From the NCBI RefSeq assembly GCF_006345805.1, contig NC_042998.1, forward strand, positions 147,560,001-147,624,000: a DNA stretch of 64,000 bases. The letters are read 5' to 3'. Shown here piece after piece: positions 10,882-24,012 of the stretch. This stretch comes from Octopus sinensis (Eukaryota). The notes under the pieces were generated by a model. It was not told where the DNA came from. It did not search any database and was given only the letters and a program-made list of their open reading frames with translations. Position numbers and translations under genes: made by a program. The first letter of the stretch is position 1. Every line of letters starts with the position of its first letter.

Positions 10882-13419
10882 ATCTACATGATTGTCAAAC
10901 TTTACTAATTAGTGTAACAGGAGAACTCATTAAGTTTAATGGCTGCAAGTAGAGAATCTAATATTTCAACTTTTATATCCCTCTGAGAGAGTCACTTATA
11001 CTGTTGGCATAGAACAATTAGTACACAATATGTGCATATGTATGTGTGTGTGTGTGTATATATGATATATTTATTGTGAGAGAGTGTGTGTGTGTGTGCG
11101 TGTGTGTGTGCGTGTGTGTGTGCGTGCATGCATTTTGTAGGAGTGTGGTTTACTAGAATCAGGCTACATATCTATTAATTACCAACCAAAATCTGAAACC
11201 AGTTATACAACTCATAGTTTGTCATGTTCTCTTTCACCCAAATTAGGAATAAATCTATTCTGTTTTTACTAAGCATTTAAATCCACTCAACTAAAATTCT
11301 CTCTAATAATATCCAAAACATTACAATGTATCTCCCAGATTCACAGGAATTAAACCATTCCATCTTCACAAAAATATCAACTATTAATATTTATATGTTA
11401 ACAGTCACAATTTTAACATAAGCACTAAATATTTGTAAACACTATTTCAGAATCATGAAATGAGAAACCATCTCTAAGTGATCCACATTTTGTATGCTTC
11501 CTAACTACATGGTTTTGGGTTCAATCCCACCGTATAGCACCTTGGGCAAGTATCTTCTATAGTTCTAGGTTGGCCCAAACCTCAAGAGTGGATTTGGTAG
11601 ACAAAAATTGAAAGCCCATTGTATATGTATATACATGTGTATATATATGTAAGTGTATGTGAGCATGTATATGTGTGAATGTGTATGCATGTGTATGAAT
11701 GTATATGTGTATGAATGTGTATGCATGCGAGTGCGTTATATATTTCACAAATATCACAAACTACAAGCAGTGACACTGGGGTCTCCTCTCAACTAACTGC
11801 CCACTGGTTCTCCACTTTTAAAGATATTTGAAATAATCAATCCTTTCCATGAGAAAAGGGAAGGGCTAATAACAGGAAAGACATCTGGTCATAAAGCATT
11901 GCTCACTCCCTACCTCTTATTTATCATTTACTACATCCATCTCTCAGCCCTACCCAATTTCTACAGTTGTCACCTACATTTCCCTACTCATCATTCCTCA
12001 ACACATGTTCTTCATTATAATCATCCCATTCTTTATCCCAGTCCATCTTTCTGTCATACACTCTAGTAACCTCTTCTGTCCCCATTCACTTCTACCCACA
12101 TTATACCTTGAAGATCCAACTTGACACCTTATCACCACTATTTCACCTCTTTCCAGCTCCACCCGCTCCTCTGCAATGTAAGAAACCATGTAGCTCCTCT
12201 ATAGCAAGAAACCTATTATGTTCTAGCTCCTTCTTTCATGCCTCAACCTCCCCTATCTTAGTATAATCTCACCTTCCTCCCTACTGTAATCCCACTCTAC
12301 CAAATGGGTTCTTAGTCTTTCTTGCAAGCTGCATGGTCACGACACTATTGTTGGTGTCTCTCCCCCACCCCCACCCCCACACAAAGATGCTGCTAAGTGT
12401 TTGGTATTATGAAGGTCATTCAGCCATAGAAATCATTCCAAGGCTGAAAAATTGGTGCATGGTGCAGCTTTTGGACCCATTGGATTCTGTCAAACCATCT
12501 AATCTATGCTAGCATAGGACATGAAGGTTAAATGATGATATTTTAGATGATGATGTTGATGACAACCTGTTTCAATAATACAGTCCAAACGTAGATAAAC
12601 ATTTAGTTGTGAATGGGGAAGTTTCCAAATCTTGGAGGATAGCTTCATTTGTACAATTAATTGAAGTTAAAATCTATCTTGGGGTTACAAGCTCATTAAG
12701 GGTCAGCACATATTGAGCAACTGAAAAATAAGACACTCTATTGGCTGACACAAAGCAACGGAAGGTGTTTGAGATGATGCATTACAAGCAAGTGCTACAG
12801 ATCAATTGTAAGTGCAGAGAACAATCAATTTAGTTCCAGACAAGACAGAAGCAGGACAACATTTAGTGATGATGATCAGACAGTGAAAACTGCAATATTT
12901 TGGGAACATTACCCTGTGTAATAAAAAAAATATAAAAAAAAAAATTCTTATTTAGAATTTTATTTTAAAAAATATTTCTTATTTACTTCTATCTGGAAAT
13001 CAAAGATGTTTACTATTCCCTTCAAACTTTGCTTTTGTGACCTGGACATCAATGTTTTGAAACTGACCTATTTTCAATTATATTTCAGACAGATTCAATG
13101 TGAAGTTGCTGAAGCAGAACTATCATTATAGCAAATATTCTGCTCAATACCGCATATTTGCTTGACTATAACCACTTGAGTAGGTCCTTTAGTGGCTGAC
13201 AATATGTGCATTTCTGATCATGAGCAGAAGTAGTGGGTAGCATGATAGCCATGGATTCTTTGTGGTTTTAATAAATATAACAAAAGCAAAGTTTGAAGGA
13301 AGTAGCCATTTTTCATACTTTCTAAGGGTAAGCAAATAAGAAATAACAGTTGCTACCCAAGGACAAAATTTGTGTTACACAGTGTTATCAAGGTTTAGAA
13401 TTTCTGTCTGCATCTTCAA

Positions 13420-13805
13420 GTGATGTGGTGAATAGAAAATAGCTTCTCAACCACATGGTTCTGGGTTCAGTTCCACTGCTTGACACTTTGGAGAAGTATC
13501 TTCTACTATAGTGTTGAGCCAACCAAAGTCTTGTGAGTGAATTTGGTAGATAGAAACTGAAAGAAGCTCATTGTGTATATGTGTGTGTGTATCTTCGTGT
13601 CTGCGTTTGTCCCCCAATACTGCTTGACGAATGGTGTTGCTGTGTTTACATCCCTGTAACTTAGCTGTGTGGCAAAAGAGAGCAATAAAATAATACCAGG
13701 CTTAAAAAGAAAATAAGTACTGGGATTGATTAGTTCAACTAGAATTCCCAAGGTGACGTCCCAGTACAACTGCAGTCTAATGATTGGAACAAGTAAAAGA
13801 TAATG
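13420..13805 (+). mobile_element. CORE-type SINE, diverged full copy
   Basis: Head, core and tail are collinear with 7986-8367. A partial copy lies at 11495-11620. Confidence 0.8.
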
Positions 13806-14049
13806 GATAAAGATGGTGCCATAGTTGTCTTTGTCAATTTAACAAAACTTATAACAAGGATCGATGTACTCCAGTCAAGTGTGCAATAAAAACATCGAAT
13901 GTAGTTGAAAGACTTGTTCCAGACATTAAAAATAGTGATTTTGGTGTATGAGAGGGTTTCTGTTAAATCTGAGTCTTCAGTGAGTTTCTTAGAAGAATCA
14001 GAGAAATTTAGAACTGGATGTTTATGAGAAACTTGTTTGCTGAGGACTG

Positions 14050-14280
14050 GTTGTCACAAATAGTAAAATAACCTTTCAATGGAGTCTCTATGTAGTTGTT
14101 CAACCTGTTAGAAATAATAGTTAAATCTCCCTCAGTTCACACACTACTGTTTTACATAAGAAAAGGAAACATTACACAATGTAGACATTTAAATCATTCT
14201 CAAAATGATGAAACGATTAGAGCTTTTGATTATAGTTCAACTCAATCAGGACTGACCTGGTGTTAAATGATAACCCTTTT
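14050..14280 (-). repeat. Unclassified interspersed repeat; copies also at 30380-30560, 41665-41880 and 46575-46760
   Basis: Shared motif GATTTRGCTGCTATTTCTAGCAGG and ACCTATGATCAAAGG-like segments in the four loci. Confidence 0.65.
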
Positions 14281-14499
14281 AAATATGTATCATAGCTTAC
14301 ACATGGAGATGATCTGTCTGCCTGTCTGTTTCTCTCTCTCTAAAAGATCTACCAATAACTTACACTGCGGTTTGGAATGTTATATGATCTGTTCACATCT
14401 ATATTTTATTCTTCATACTTTTAACAGTGATTAGCATCAAATTCTTCGTTAGTTAATATCCCCACTAAACCTACATAGACACACAGTTCACCATATCTA

Positions 14500-15545
14500 T
14501 ATATCTACGATAAAAACCTTTTTCCTCCTCCTCCTGACTAGCTGGTCTAAATATATAGACGTTATCAAAGAGGAACTAGGTTAACAAGAGTTAATAAAGC
14601 GTACTATTTTATCACCATCATGACTTACTTCTGCAAAAGCAAATCTCGCTATATCGCAACATCTGGGTAATCATTTCCTCGTGTATACAAAACAGTGTCA
14701 CAACAGCTGAACTCCTTTTACATACACGCACACAACCATCGTGCCTTTCTCTTTCGCCCCTCCCCCTCCTCCCCACTCATTGCCTCTTCTATCACCTCCC
14801 AGTTTATATGACAGTTGGCAAGCTGAAAAACACGTTTTTCGCCTCTCCTTGACTTTTTCACCCCGGAATGGCCTGACTATTCACCTTCAAACCACCACCC
14901 TCACCGAATACGGCCGCCGCCAGCACCACCAGTGCCTTTTTACGTGAGTAAATAGAAAAATAACAAACCTGGCTTCCCGACACGCCACCATCTTCCCATA
15001 TACATACCCCACCCCACTCTTCTTTCTAATCTAGCCATGTGACAAGACAAGTCAGTTGTTCTCTTTCGGCCAGTCTTTCCCATTTCAACTTTTAAATGGA
15101 AAAAGCAATAAAAGAAAGTAAGAGTTATGTCCCTTGTCTCTCACGTTGCGACCAATTTGTGTGTGTGCATGTGTGACACGTCCGTAGAGAAGCATAAATA
15201 TTTCATGTCAATGTAGAATCACACACAACTGAACAAACTCGCGTCTCTCTCTCTCTCTCTCTTTCTCATCCTCCCCCACATACATAAAGAGACACCCACT
15301 TCGTATCCTGTTACTGACGTTGTTTGTGTCCATGACAAAAGCACTTCAATGTTTAACTTCAGTTATCATCATCTCTACACACAGACAGACATATTTACAG
15401 CTGAACAAGCCGACTTCACCATTGGCTGGTTTAGTTTCGTGGCTCTAAACGTTCACGGCAGAATAAAACTGAGACGTGTGTTCCGTTTCACTCGGCCCAG
15501 TAGGGAAAGTGAGCCTTGAATCCATTGGTGGATTTGTGGGTATGT
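14500..15545. promoter_or_regulatory. CpG-retaining putative bidirectional promoter / first-exon region
   Basis: Many CpGs against depleted flanks. Minus donor GAA|GTAAGT (exon end 14629); plus donors TAC|GTGAGT (14943) and TGG|GTATGT (15539). ATTGG boxes and (CT)n tracts. Promoter function is inferred. Confidence 0.55.
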
Positions 15546-15577
15546 CTGTGTGTGTATGTCTCCCGCTCTCTCTCTCT

Positions 15578-15598
15578 CTATATATATATATTATATAT

Positions 15599-15638
<40 letters not shown>

Positions 15639-15962
15639 CTATATTATATATATAAATATATTCTATATATATAAATATATGTATATGTATATATATAAAT
15701 ATATATATATATATTATATATATATTATATAAATATATGTATATATAAATATATATATAATATAATATATATATAATATAATATATATAAATATAATATA
15801 TATATAAATATATATATAAATATATATATATATAAATATATATATATATAAATATATATATCTATATATATATATATATATATACATATATATATAAATA
15901 TATGTATATATATATATATATAAATATATATATATATAAATATTATATATATATATATAAAT

Positions 15963-16001
<39 letters not shown>

Positions 16002-16196
16002 AATATATATATAAAAAATATAATATATATATATAATATATATATTAAATATATATATAAATATATGTATATATATAATATATAAATTATATATATATAA
16101 ATATTATATATATAATATATAAATATATGTATATATATATATAAATATATGTATATATATATAAATATATGTATATATATATATAAATATATGTAT

Positions 16197-16232
<36 letters not shown>

Positions 16233-16254
16233 AATATATGTATATATATATAAA

Positions 16255-16292
<38 letters not shown>

Positions 16293-16419
16293 TATGTATA
16301 TATATATATATATGTATAATATATATATAAATATATGTATATATATATATAAATATATGTATATATATATATTATATAATATATAAATATATGTGTATAT
16401 ATATATATAATATAAATAT

Positions 16420-16452
<33 letters not shown>

Positions 16453-16518
16453 AATATATGTATATATATATATAATATATGTATATATATATATAACTAT
16501 ATTATATATATATATAAA

Positions 16519-16562
<44 letters not shown>

Positions 16563-16683
16563 AATATATGTATATATATATATAAATAATATATATATAT
16601 ATATATATATAATAATATATATAAATATATGTATATATATATATATAATATAATATATATATATAAATATATGTATATATATA

Positions 16684-16725
<42 letters not shown>

Positions 16726-17093
16726 TATGTATATATATATATAATATATATGTATATATATATATATAAATATATGTATATATATATAAATATATGTATA
16801 TATATATATACATATAAATATATGTATATATACATATAAATATATGTATATATACATATAAATATATGTATATATACATATAAATATATGTATATATATA
16901 TATATAAATATTAGACATGGCCTGGGCCAATAATGGCCGAAACCTATCAAAGTATGTATATATACATATAAATATATGTATATATGTATATAAATATATG
17001 TATATATAAATATATGTATGTATATATGTATATATAAATATATGTATGTATATATGTATATATAAATATATGTATGTATATATGTATATATAA

Positions 17094-17133
<40 letters not shown>

Positions 17134-17273
17134 GTAATATATATATAATATATATATATATATAATAATATATATATATATATGTATATATAAATATATG
17201 TATATATATATATAATATATGTATATATATAATAAATATATGTATATATATATATAAATATATGTATATATAT

Positions 17274-17304
<31 letters not shown>

Positions 17305-17429
17305 AATATATGTATAATATATATAAATATATGTATATATATATATAAATATATGTGTATATATATATATATATATAAATATATGTGTGTATAATATATA
17401 TATATATATATATAAATATATGTGTGTAT

Positions 17430-17461
<32 letters not shown>

Positions 17462-17543
17462 AATATAACAGACCCCAGTTGAACCGTCCAACCCATAATA
17501 TATTATATAAAAATTTTATTTATATATAAATATATATATATAT
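15578..17543. repeat. ~2-kb (TA)n-derived array with TATAAATATATG subunits
   Basis: Seen directly; generates the 374-aa YIYI ORF. Confidence 0.97.
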
Positions 17544-18501
17544 ATCATCATCATCATTTAGCGTCCGTTTTCCATGCTAGCATGGGTTGGACGGTTCAAC
17601 TGGGGTCAGTGAAGCCGGAAGGCTTCATCAGGCCCAGTCAGATCTGGCAGTGTCTCTACGGCTGGATACCCTTCCTAACACCAACCACTCCGTGAGTGTA
17701 GTGGGCGCTTTTTACGTGCCACCCGCACAAGTGCCAGACAGAGCTGGCAAACGGACACGAGCGGATGGTGCTTTTACGTGCCACCGGCACGGGGACCAGG
17801 CGAGGCTGGCAGCGGACACGAACGGATGGTGCGTTTACGTGCCACCGGCACGGAGGCCAGACGGGGCGGCGCCAGCAACGACCACGATCGGATGGTTCGC
17901 TTAACCACAGCTGCAATTTCCACTGATGTTGATCGACCTCAATTTTGGTTCTGCTTTCTGATATCTGATTTGATTTGGTTTGATTTTGATTTTGATTTTG
18001 ACTGTTCTCACTGGTCTTGCCAGGTCTTCTCACGCACAGCATACTTCCATAGGTATCGGTCTCTAGTCATTTCCTTGGTGAGACCTAAAGTTCGAAGGTC
18101 GTGCTTCACCACCTCGTCCCAGGTTTTCCTGGGTCTACCTCTTCCACAGGTTCCCTCAACTGCTAGGGTGTGGCACTTTTGCACACAACTATCTTCACCC
18201 ATTCTCGTCACATGCCCATACCAGCGCAGACGTCTCTCTTGCACACCACAACTGATGCTTCTTAGGTCCAACTTTTCTCTCAAGGTACTTACACTCTGTC
18301 GATTATGAACACTGACATTACACATCCATCGGAGCATACTGGCTTCATTTCTTGCGAGCTTACACATATCCTCAGCAGTCACAGCCCATGTTTCACTACC
18401 ATGTAGCATGGCTGTACGTACACATGCATCATACAGTCTGCCTTTTACTCTGAGCGAGAGGCCTTTTGTCACCAGCAGGGGTAAGAGCTCTCTAAACTTT
18501 G
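17544..18501 (-). mobile_element. RTE-clade LINE, second copy of the 2972-4723 family, 5'-truncated
   Basis: ORF part (FRELLPLLVTKGLSLRVKGRLYDACV...REK) is near-identical to 3583-4074. (CAT)n tail at 17544. Confidence 0.95.
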
Positions 18502-19689
18502 GCAGGGTTGACCATAATATCCTACTCTCAAAATTGGCAAATGTTGGAATCTGTTGAAAACTTCTACACTGGATTAAGTATTTCCTGGCGAATAGAACAC
18601 AACATGTTGTAGTCGATGGAGTCCACTCAAGCCCAGCAAAAGTCACCAGTGGTGTCCCCCAGGGGACTGTCTTGGGCCCGCTCCTCTTTATAATTTATAT
18701 AAACGAACTTTCCAGTGTCGTACATTACTGCAAAGGGAAAATATTTGCTGATGACACTAAGCTCCAGCAAATCATCAATGAAGAAGCAGATCGAACTCAA
18801 CTCCAGTCTGATCTAATGCTGTGAGTCAATGGGAAGACAAAAACAAAATGCAACTGAACGAGGGAAAATTTGAGCTGATGCATTTTGGAAGAAAGTTCAC
18901 ACTAAAACAGCCATACTCTCTTCCTTCAGGGGAACCGCTCACAGCCTGGGCGTAATTGCTGATGACAATCTCAGTTGGAGTGCACACATCAACAAGATAT
19001 AGCTCGTAGGATGAGTTCCTGGATCTTAAGAACCTTCCAGTCCAGAGAACAAGGTGTCATCATACCACTTTTCTCCTCCTTTGTACGGCCACACCTCGAA
19101 TACTGCTGCCCACTGTGGTCTCCCCATACAAGACAAAACATCTCGAGGATTGAATCACCCCAGAGAGCACTCACTAAACGAATTGAAGGCATGGCTGCTC
19201 TCGATTATTGGGACCGCCTTAAAGCCTTGAAACTCTACTCTCTCCAGCGCCGCCGTGAGCAGTACATCATTTGCACGATGTGGAGAATATACTGCCAACT
19301 TTGCCCAAACGACCTGAACATTAGCTTCAAGGTCCATCCAAGACTGGGACCACAGGCCATATGTCCCCTGCCCAATTCAGGATCACAGCATATATGTACA
19401 CTGCAACATAATTTCTTTTCCTCAACAGGCCCTGCCCTATTTAACATTGTCCCAAAAGATATCAAAGAGGAAAAGGATCCCATCAACTTTAAATGGAGTC
19501 TGGATAGATTCTTTCAAGGAATATCAGATGAGCCACCCATAATTGGATACAACTCACTACTTAAATGGACCACAAACAAAACTTGACTTAAACAGGATTT
19601 AGATAATCCTATCAGGTGGTGCTATTAAGTTAGACATGGCCTGGACCAATCTTTGGTCGAAACACATCAAAGTTTATCTAAGTCTAAGT
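18497..19689 (+). mobile_element. CR1-clade LINE (family 1), 5'-truncated, with complete 3' tail
   Basis: Motifs RVDHNILLSKL, SGVPQGTVLGPLLF, IFADDTKL, VRPHLEYCCPLWSP and LKLYSLQRRRE. Tail CATGGCC-hairpin-GAAAC-(TCTAAG)n. Confidence 0.92.
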
Positions 19690-19788
19690 TTATATATATA
19701 AATATTATATATATAAATATACATAAATATTATACATATATATATATATATATAAATTTATATATATATATATATATATAAATTTATA

Positions 19789-19848
<60 letters not shown>

Positions 19849-19918
19849 TATATAAATTTATATAATATATATATATTATATATATATATATTATATATAT
19901 ATATATATATTATATTTA
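19690..19918. repeat. (TA)n microsatellite
   Basis: Seen directly. Confidence 0.97.
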
Positions 19919-20945
19919 TAGTCTTGGGACCACTGCTTTTTATAGTGGCCCTCTTAGATATGCCCTCAAATGCCCGGATAGCCACTCTGGCAAGCTATGC
20001 AGACGATACGAAAGTCTCCTAGAAAATACAGAACCCTAGCGATGTTGCACACCTGCAGCAGAAGTTGGACTCAATCTACAGATGGGCTGAGGATAATAAT
20101 ATGCAGTTTAATGCTGAAAAATTCCTGGCCCTGCACTACCAGCATCCAAAACTGAATATTAAACTTACAGGGTACACCGGTCCACAGGGAATTTCAATCC
20201 CAGAGCCTAAGTCTGTGAGGGACTTGGGTATTGACATGAGTGATGATACCTCTTTCCAAGTGAACATTACCAGGATGGCGACAAAGTGCAGACGACTGGC
20301 TGGCTGGATACTAAGAACATTCAGAACCAGAGATAAGGAAACCATGATGGTCCTCTGGCGGACATTCGTCTTCAGCCGCATGGATTACTGCTCACAGCTA
20401 TGGTCACCCACCAGTGTGAAATTAACAGCGGACCTTGAAGCAATCAAGAGAAGATTCACAAAGAAGATTGTCTCTTTGCAACAGCTCAGCTACTGGGAAA
20501 GGTTGAAACAGCTAAGACTCTACTCCCTGGAGAGAAGACGGGAGAGGTATGCAGTAATATATATCTGGAAGATCCTGGAAGGAATTGTGCCAAATTTTGG
20601 CAGTGTAAGCTACACCAATGCTAGAACGGGACGACACTGCATAGTGCCAAAGATCCCAGCAATGCCATCATGCTTCAGGACCAGCTACTGCAACAGCCTG
20701 GGTTTCAAGGGCCCACAGCTTTTTAATATTCTCTCAAAGAGTCTGAGGAACTTGCACAAAGTAGATGTAGCGGTTTTTAAATCATAGCTGGACATCTACC
20801 TGTCGAGAGTCCCAGATGAACCTACCTCACGGCAAGAGGTGCAAATGAGGGTAGCTATATCAAACTCCATTCTTCACCAAGTGCCACATATTAGAGGAGG
20901 CTCTTAGTAATAACAGTGTAGCACAAAACGGCAGTACCCTCCTGG
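19919..20945 (+). mobile_element. CR1-clade LINE (family 2) fragment
   Basis: Motifs VLGPLLF, SYADDTKV, QFNAEKF, RMDYCSQLWSP and LRLYSLERRRERY. The 240-aa frame at 20065-20787 ends at a premature stop. Confidence 0.92.
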
Positions 20946-21444
20946 CTTGTTAATCACTCACTACATTAACCTCTACTGCCATCTGTTTACTATCAAAGCT
21001 CATCATACATTGAAGGGGGTTCACAAAATATTTTCTGACTATAGGGAAAGATTTGACTAAGATTAATCCCAAATAACCTGTAAAGTAACATTCACTCTCA
21101 AAATACACTCAAACTGCATCTAACCTCAAGATTTATACCATTATCATTTAACATCCACTTTCTAATGCTTGTATGGGTCAAACAATCTATTGAGGTAGAT
21201 TTTATATGGTTGGATGCTCTTCTTGTCACCAACCCTCAATTGTTTCCAAGTAAGGTAAAATTTCCTCATGACCAGACATGCTTTTCACAGAAGACTAGAA
21301 ACAAACATATTTCTTGTATGAGGATAAAGGTCATTTACAACCATCAAGTGAGGCTGGAGAGACAAAGGTGCACATGGTACACACACTCACACACGATGGG
21401 CTTGTTTCAGTATACCAAATCCACTCACAAGGCTTTGAAGACTA

Positions 21445-22052
21445 TGAAGACATGGCCAGTGTGATACAGCAGGCAACTTGTCTGTGCCCACATGCTGGAA
21501 TTTGTGCAACAACTGGTGAACACGGCCTTAGTCTCAATTCAGATGGCTATGTGAAGCTGCTAGACTGTGGTCAATCCCTGGCTGGAGAGAGTTGTTGCTG
21601 GAAGGTCATATGCAAGGTAGCAGGATTTGGTTCCTTGCCAAATCTCTGGAAAGATTTGGAAGTGGTTGTTGGAGAATTTCTACAACTTCACCAGCCCCAA
21701 TCTCTAGCCTTCTAATTCACCTGACTGTGATCCAATGGTTTACTATGTGCGGGGTGTGGTTGAAAAAGACACCAACCACTCTGCCTGCAACTCCAAAATC
21801 AAGCTGGTGGCCAAGATCAAGATGTTCGAAGATCTTCCAAAGAACACAGTGAGGAACACATACGCCAGGTTCCTGAGTCATCTCGAGGCCAAAGTGGCAG
21901 CTGAGGGTGGTTAATTTGAGTGAACTATTATCTCCCAGCCATAATCTAGTTGATTTTTTTTTTGTTTTTTTAAAATACTTTTATTTTTGGAATGGATATT
22001 ATGTTTTCTTTTCCTTTTATGTAAGCTGTCAAATTTAGCCTAAACATTCTGC
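21445..22052 (+). mobile_element. maT (DD37D) Tc1/mariner transposase 3' remnant
   Basis: After a frameshift: VVNPWLERV..GR.Y..*QD...NFTSPNL*PSNSPDCDPM[V]YYV. There are 37 residues between QD and the PMD position, where the last Asp is mutated to GTT. Confidence 0.8.
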
Positions 22053-22334
22053 ATCATCATCAGCACTTAGCATCCATTTTCCATGCAGGCATGGGTTAGA
22101 TGGTTTGGCTGGAACTGGTAAGTTGGAGAGCTGCACCAGGCTCCAATTTGTTTTGGCTTTGTATCTACAGCTGGATACCCTCCCTAATGCCAACCACTTT
22201 ACAGAGTATGCTGGGTGCCTTTAACACTGGCACAGGTGCCTCTAACATGTGACCAGCGTGGATGCCTTTAACATTTCACCACACATATTTATACATATAC
22301 TCATATATATTATGTGTATACATATTTTTCCTTT

Positions 22335-22567
22335 AAGGCGGCGAGATGGCAGAAACATTAGCATGCTGGGCAAAATGCGTAGCCGTATTTTGTCTGTCGT
22401 TATGTTCTGAGTTCAAATTCCGCCAAGGTCGACTTTGCCTTTCATCCTTTCGGGGTCAATAAATTAAGTACCAGTTACGCACTGAGGTCGATGTAATTGA
22501 CTTAATCCCTTTGTCTGTCCTTGTTTGTCCCCTCTGTCTTTAGCCCCTTGTGGGTAGTAAAGAAATA
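22335..22567 (+). mobile_element. tRNA-derived Nin/Deu-domain-like SINE with Tx1-like tail
   Basis: Head GGCGGCGAGATGGCAGAA...GAGTTCAAATTCC; core CCTTTCATCCTTTCGGGGTCAATAAATTAAGTACC; tail ends GTAAAGAAATA. Confidence 0.85.
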
Positions 22568-22635
22568 TATACATATTTTTCCTTTTCCTAGTTTCAGCCA
22601 GAGGCTGAGACCATACTTGAACACTATTATATATA

Positions 22636-23425
22636 GTGCAGGCATGGCTGTGTGGTCAGAATTTTGCTTCTCAACCATAAAATACCAGGTTCATACTCAA
22701 TGCATGGCACCTTGGGCAAGTGTCTTTTACTTAAACCTCAGGCCAACCAAAGCCTCATGAGTGGATTTGCTAGACAGAAACTGAAAGAAGCATGATGTGT
22801 GTGTGTATGTATTTGTCTCTTAACCACCAATTGACAACCAGTGTTTACTTTTCAATTTGGCTGTAATTTTTAATCAATTGAATATTTATTTTGGTTGCAC
22901 TACTACATTGTATAAATATTAGCTAATACTTAACTATTTATTCTTAGTACACTATAACCATCACCACCATTGCCACTCCACCACCACCACCACTACCACC
23001 ACTACCACCACTACCACCACTATCACAATCAACAGATCATGTAATAAGCAAATAATAAAGTGGTTGAATAATATTTTAACAAAAGCAGAAGACAAGAGAC
23101 AGAATCTTGTGGCACCTTGAGCAAGGTGTCTTTTACTAAAACCTCAGACCAACCAAAGCCTCACAAATAGATTTGCTAGACGGAAACTGAAAGAAACCTG
23201 TTGTATATGTGTCTGTTTGTCCCTCTCCACCACTTGACAACCAGTGTTGGTGTGTTTACATCCAAGTAACTTAGCAGTTTGGCCAAATAGACTGACAGAA
23301 TAAATACTAGGCTAAAAAGAAAAAAAATAAGTACTGGGGTCAATTCATTTGACTAAAATTTCTTCAAGGCAGTGCCCCAGCATGGCCACAATCAAATGAC
23401 TGAAATAACTAAAAAGATAAAAAGA
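22636..23425 (+). mobile_element. CORE-type SINE with duplicated middle flanking a 265-bp foreign insert
   Basis: 22705-22844 is repeated at 23110-23247. The intervening 22845-23111 matches 26768-26999. Confidence 0.8.
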
Positions 23426-23974
23426 TCAGTCATGTAATGACACATGCTTTTCTCAGACTTTCTTTTCTTTCTCTTTGGACATTTTCCTCTTTCCGGCAAA
23501 AAGCCATGCTCGAAATGTACCCCCACCCTCTACCACCACCACTCCTTTTATCCAACTTAAACTTTCTCTGAACGTCAACCTAATACATCCACTGTGTATG
23601 TCCTTTTGACTTTTGTTGCTTTTCCTGTTTTTGTCTTTATTTTTTATTTGTCTATGTATGTATATATATTCATACATACAGAAACATGTAATGATGAGCA
23701 CACACATAACTGAGACCAGTTCAAGAAAACAATTGTTCATTGATTAATGCTTTTGAACACAACTGTATATACATTCATATATATATATATATATATATAC
23801 ACACACCCATATATATATATAAACATCCAATGATATGACGATATTCATGCAGTTGTGTATACACTCATACATATGTATGTACAAACATTCTGTGACATGA
23901 CAATATTAAACAAATATATATTTATAGACAGGAAAACACATGCTTACATCCACATGCTCTCTCTCTCTCTCATA

Positions 23975-24012
<38 letters not shown>

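Noticed and set aside
11920-12310. Purine-skewed minus-strand stretch as a LINE remnant or exon
   Set aside because: Too decayed; no motif I can support.
16372-17496. 374-aa ORF and other YIYI, VCVC and HTHT ORFs (e.g. 2232-2645, 16502-16930, 34113-34570, 36289-36621)
   Set aside because: Translations of (TA)n and (CA)n microsatellites.
18008-18646. 212-aa ORF as a gene
   Set aside because: Chimera of antisense CR1 and sense RTE sequence across a junction.
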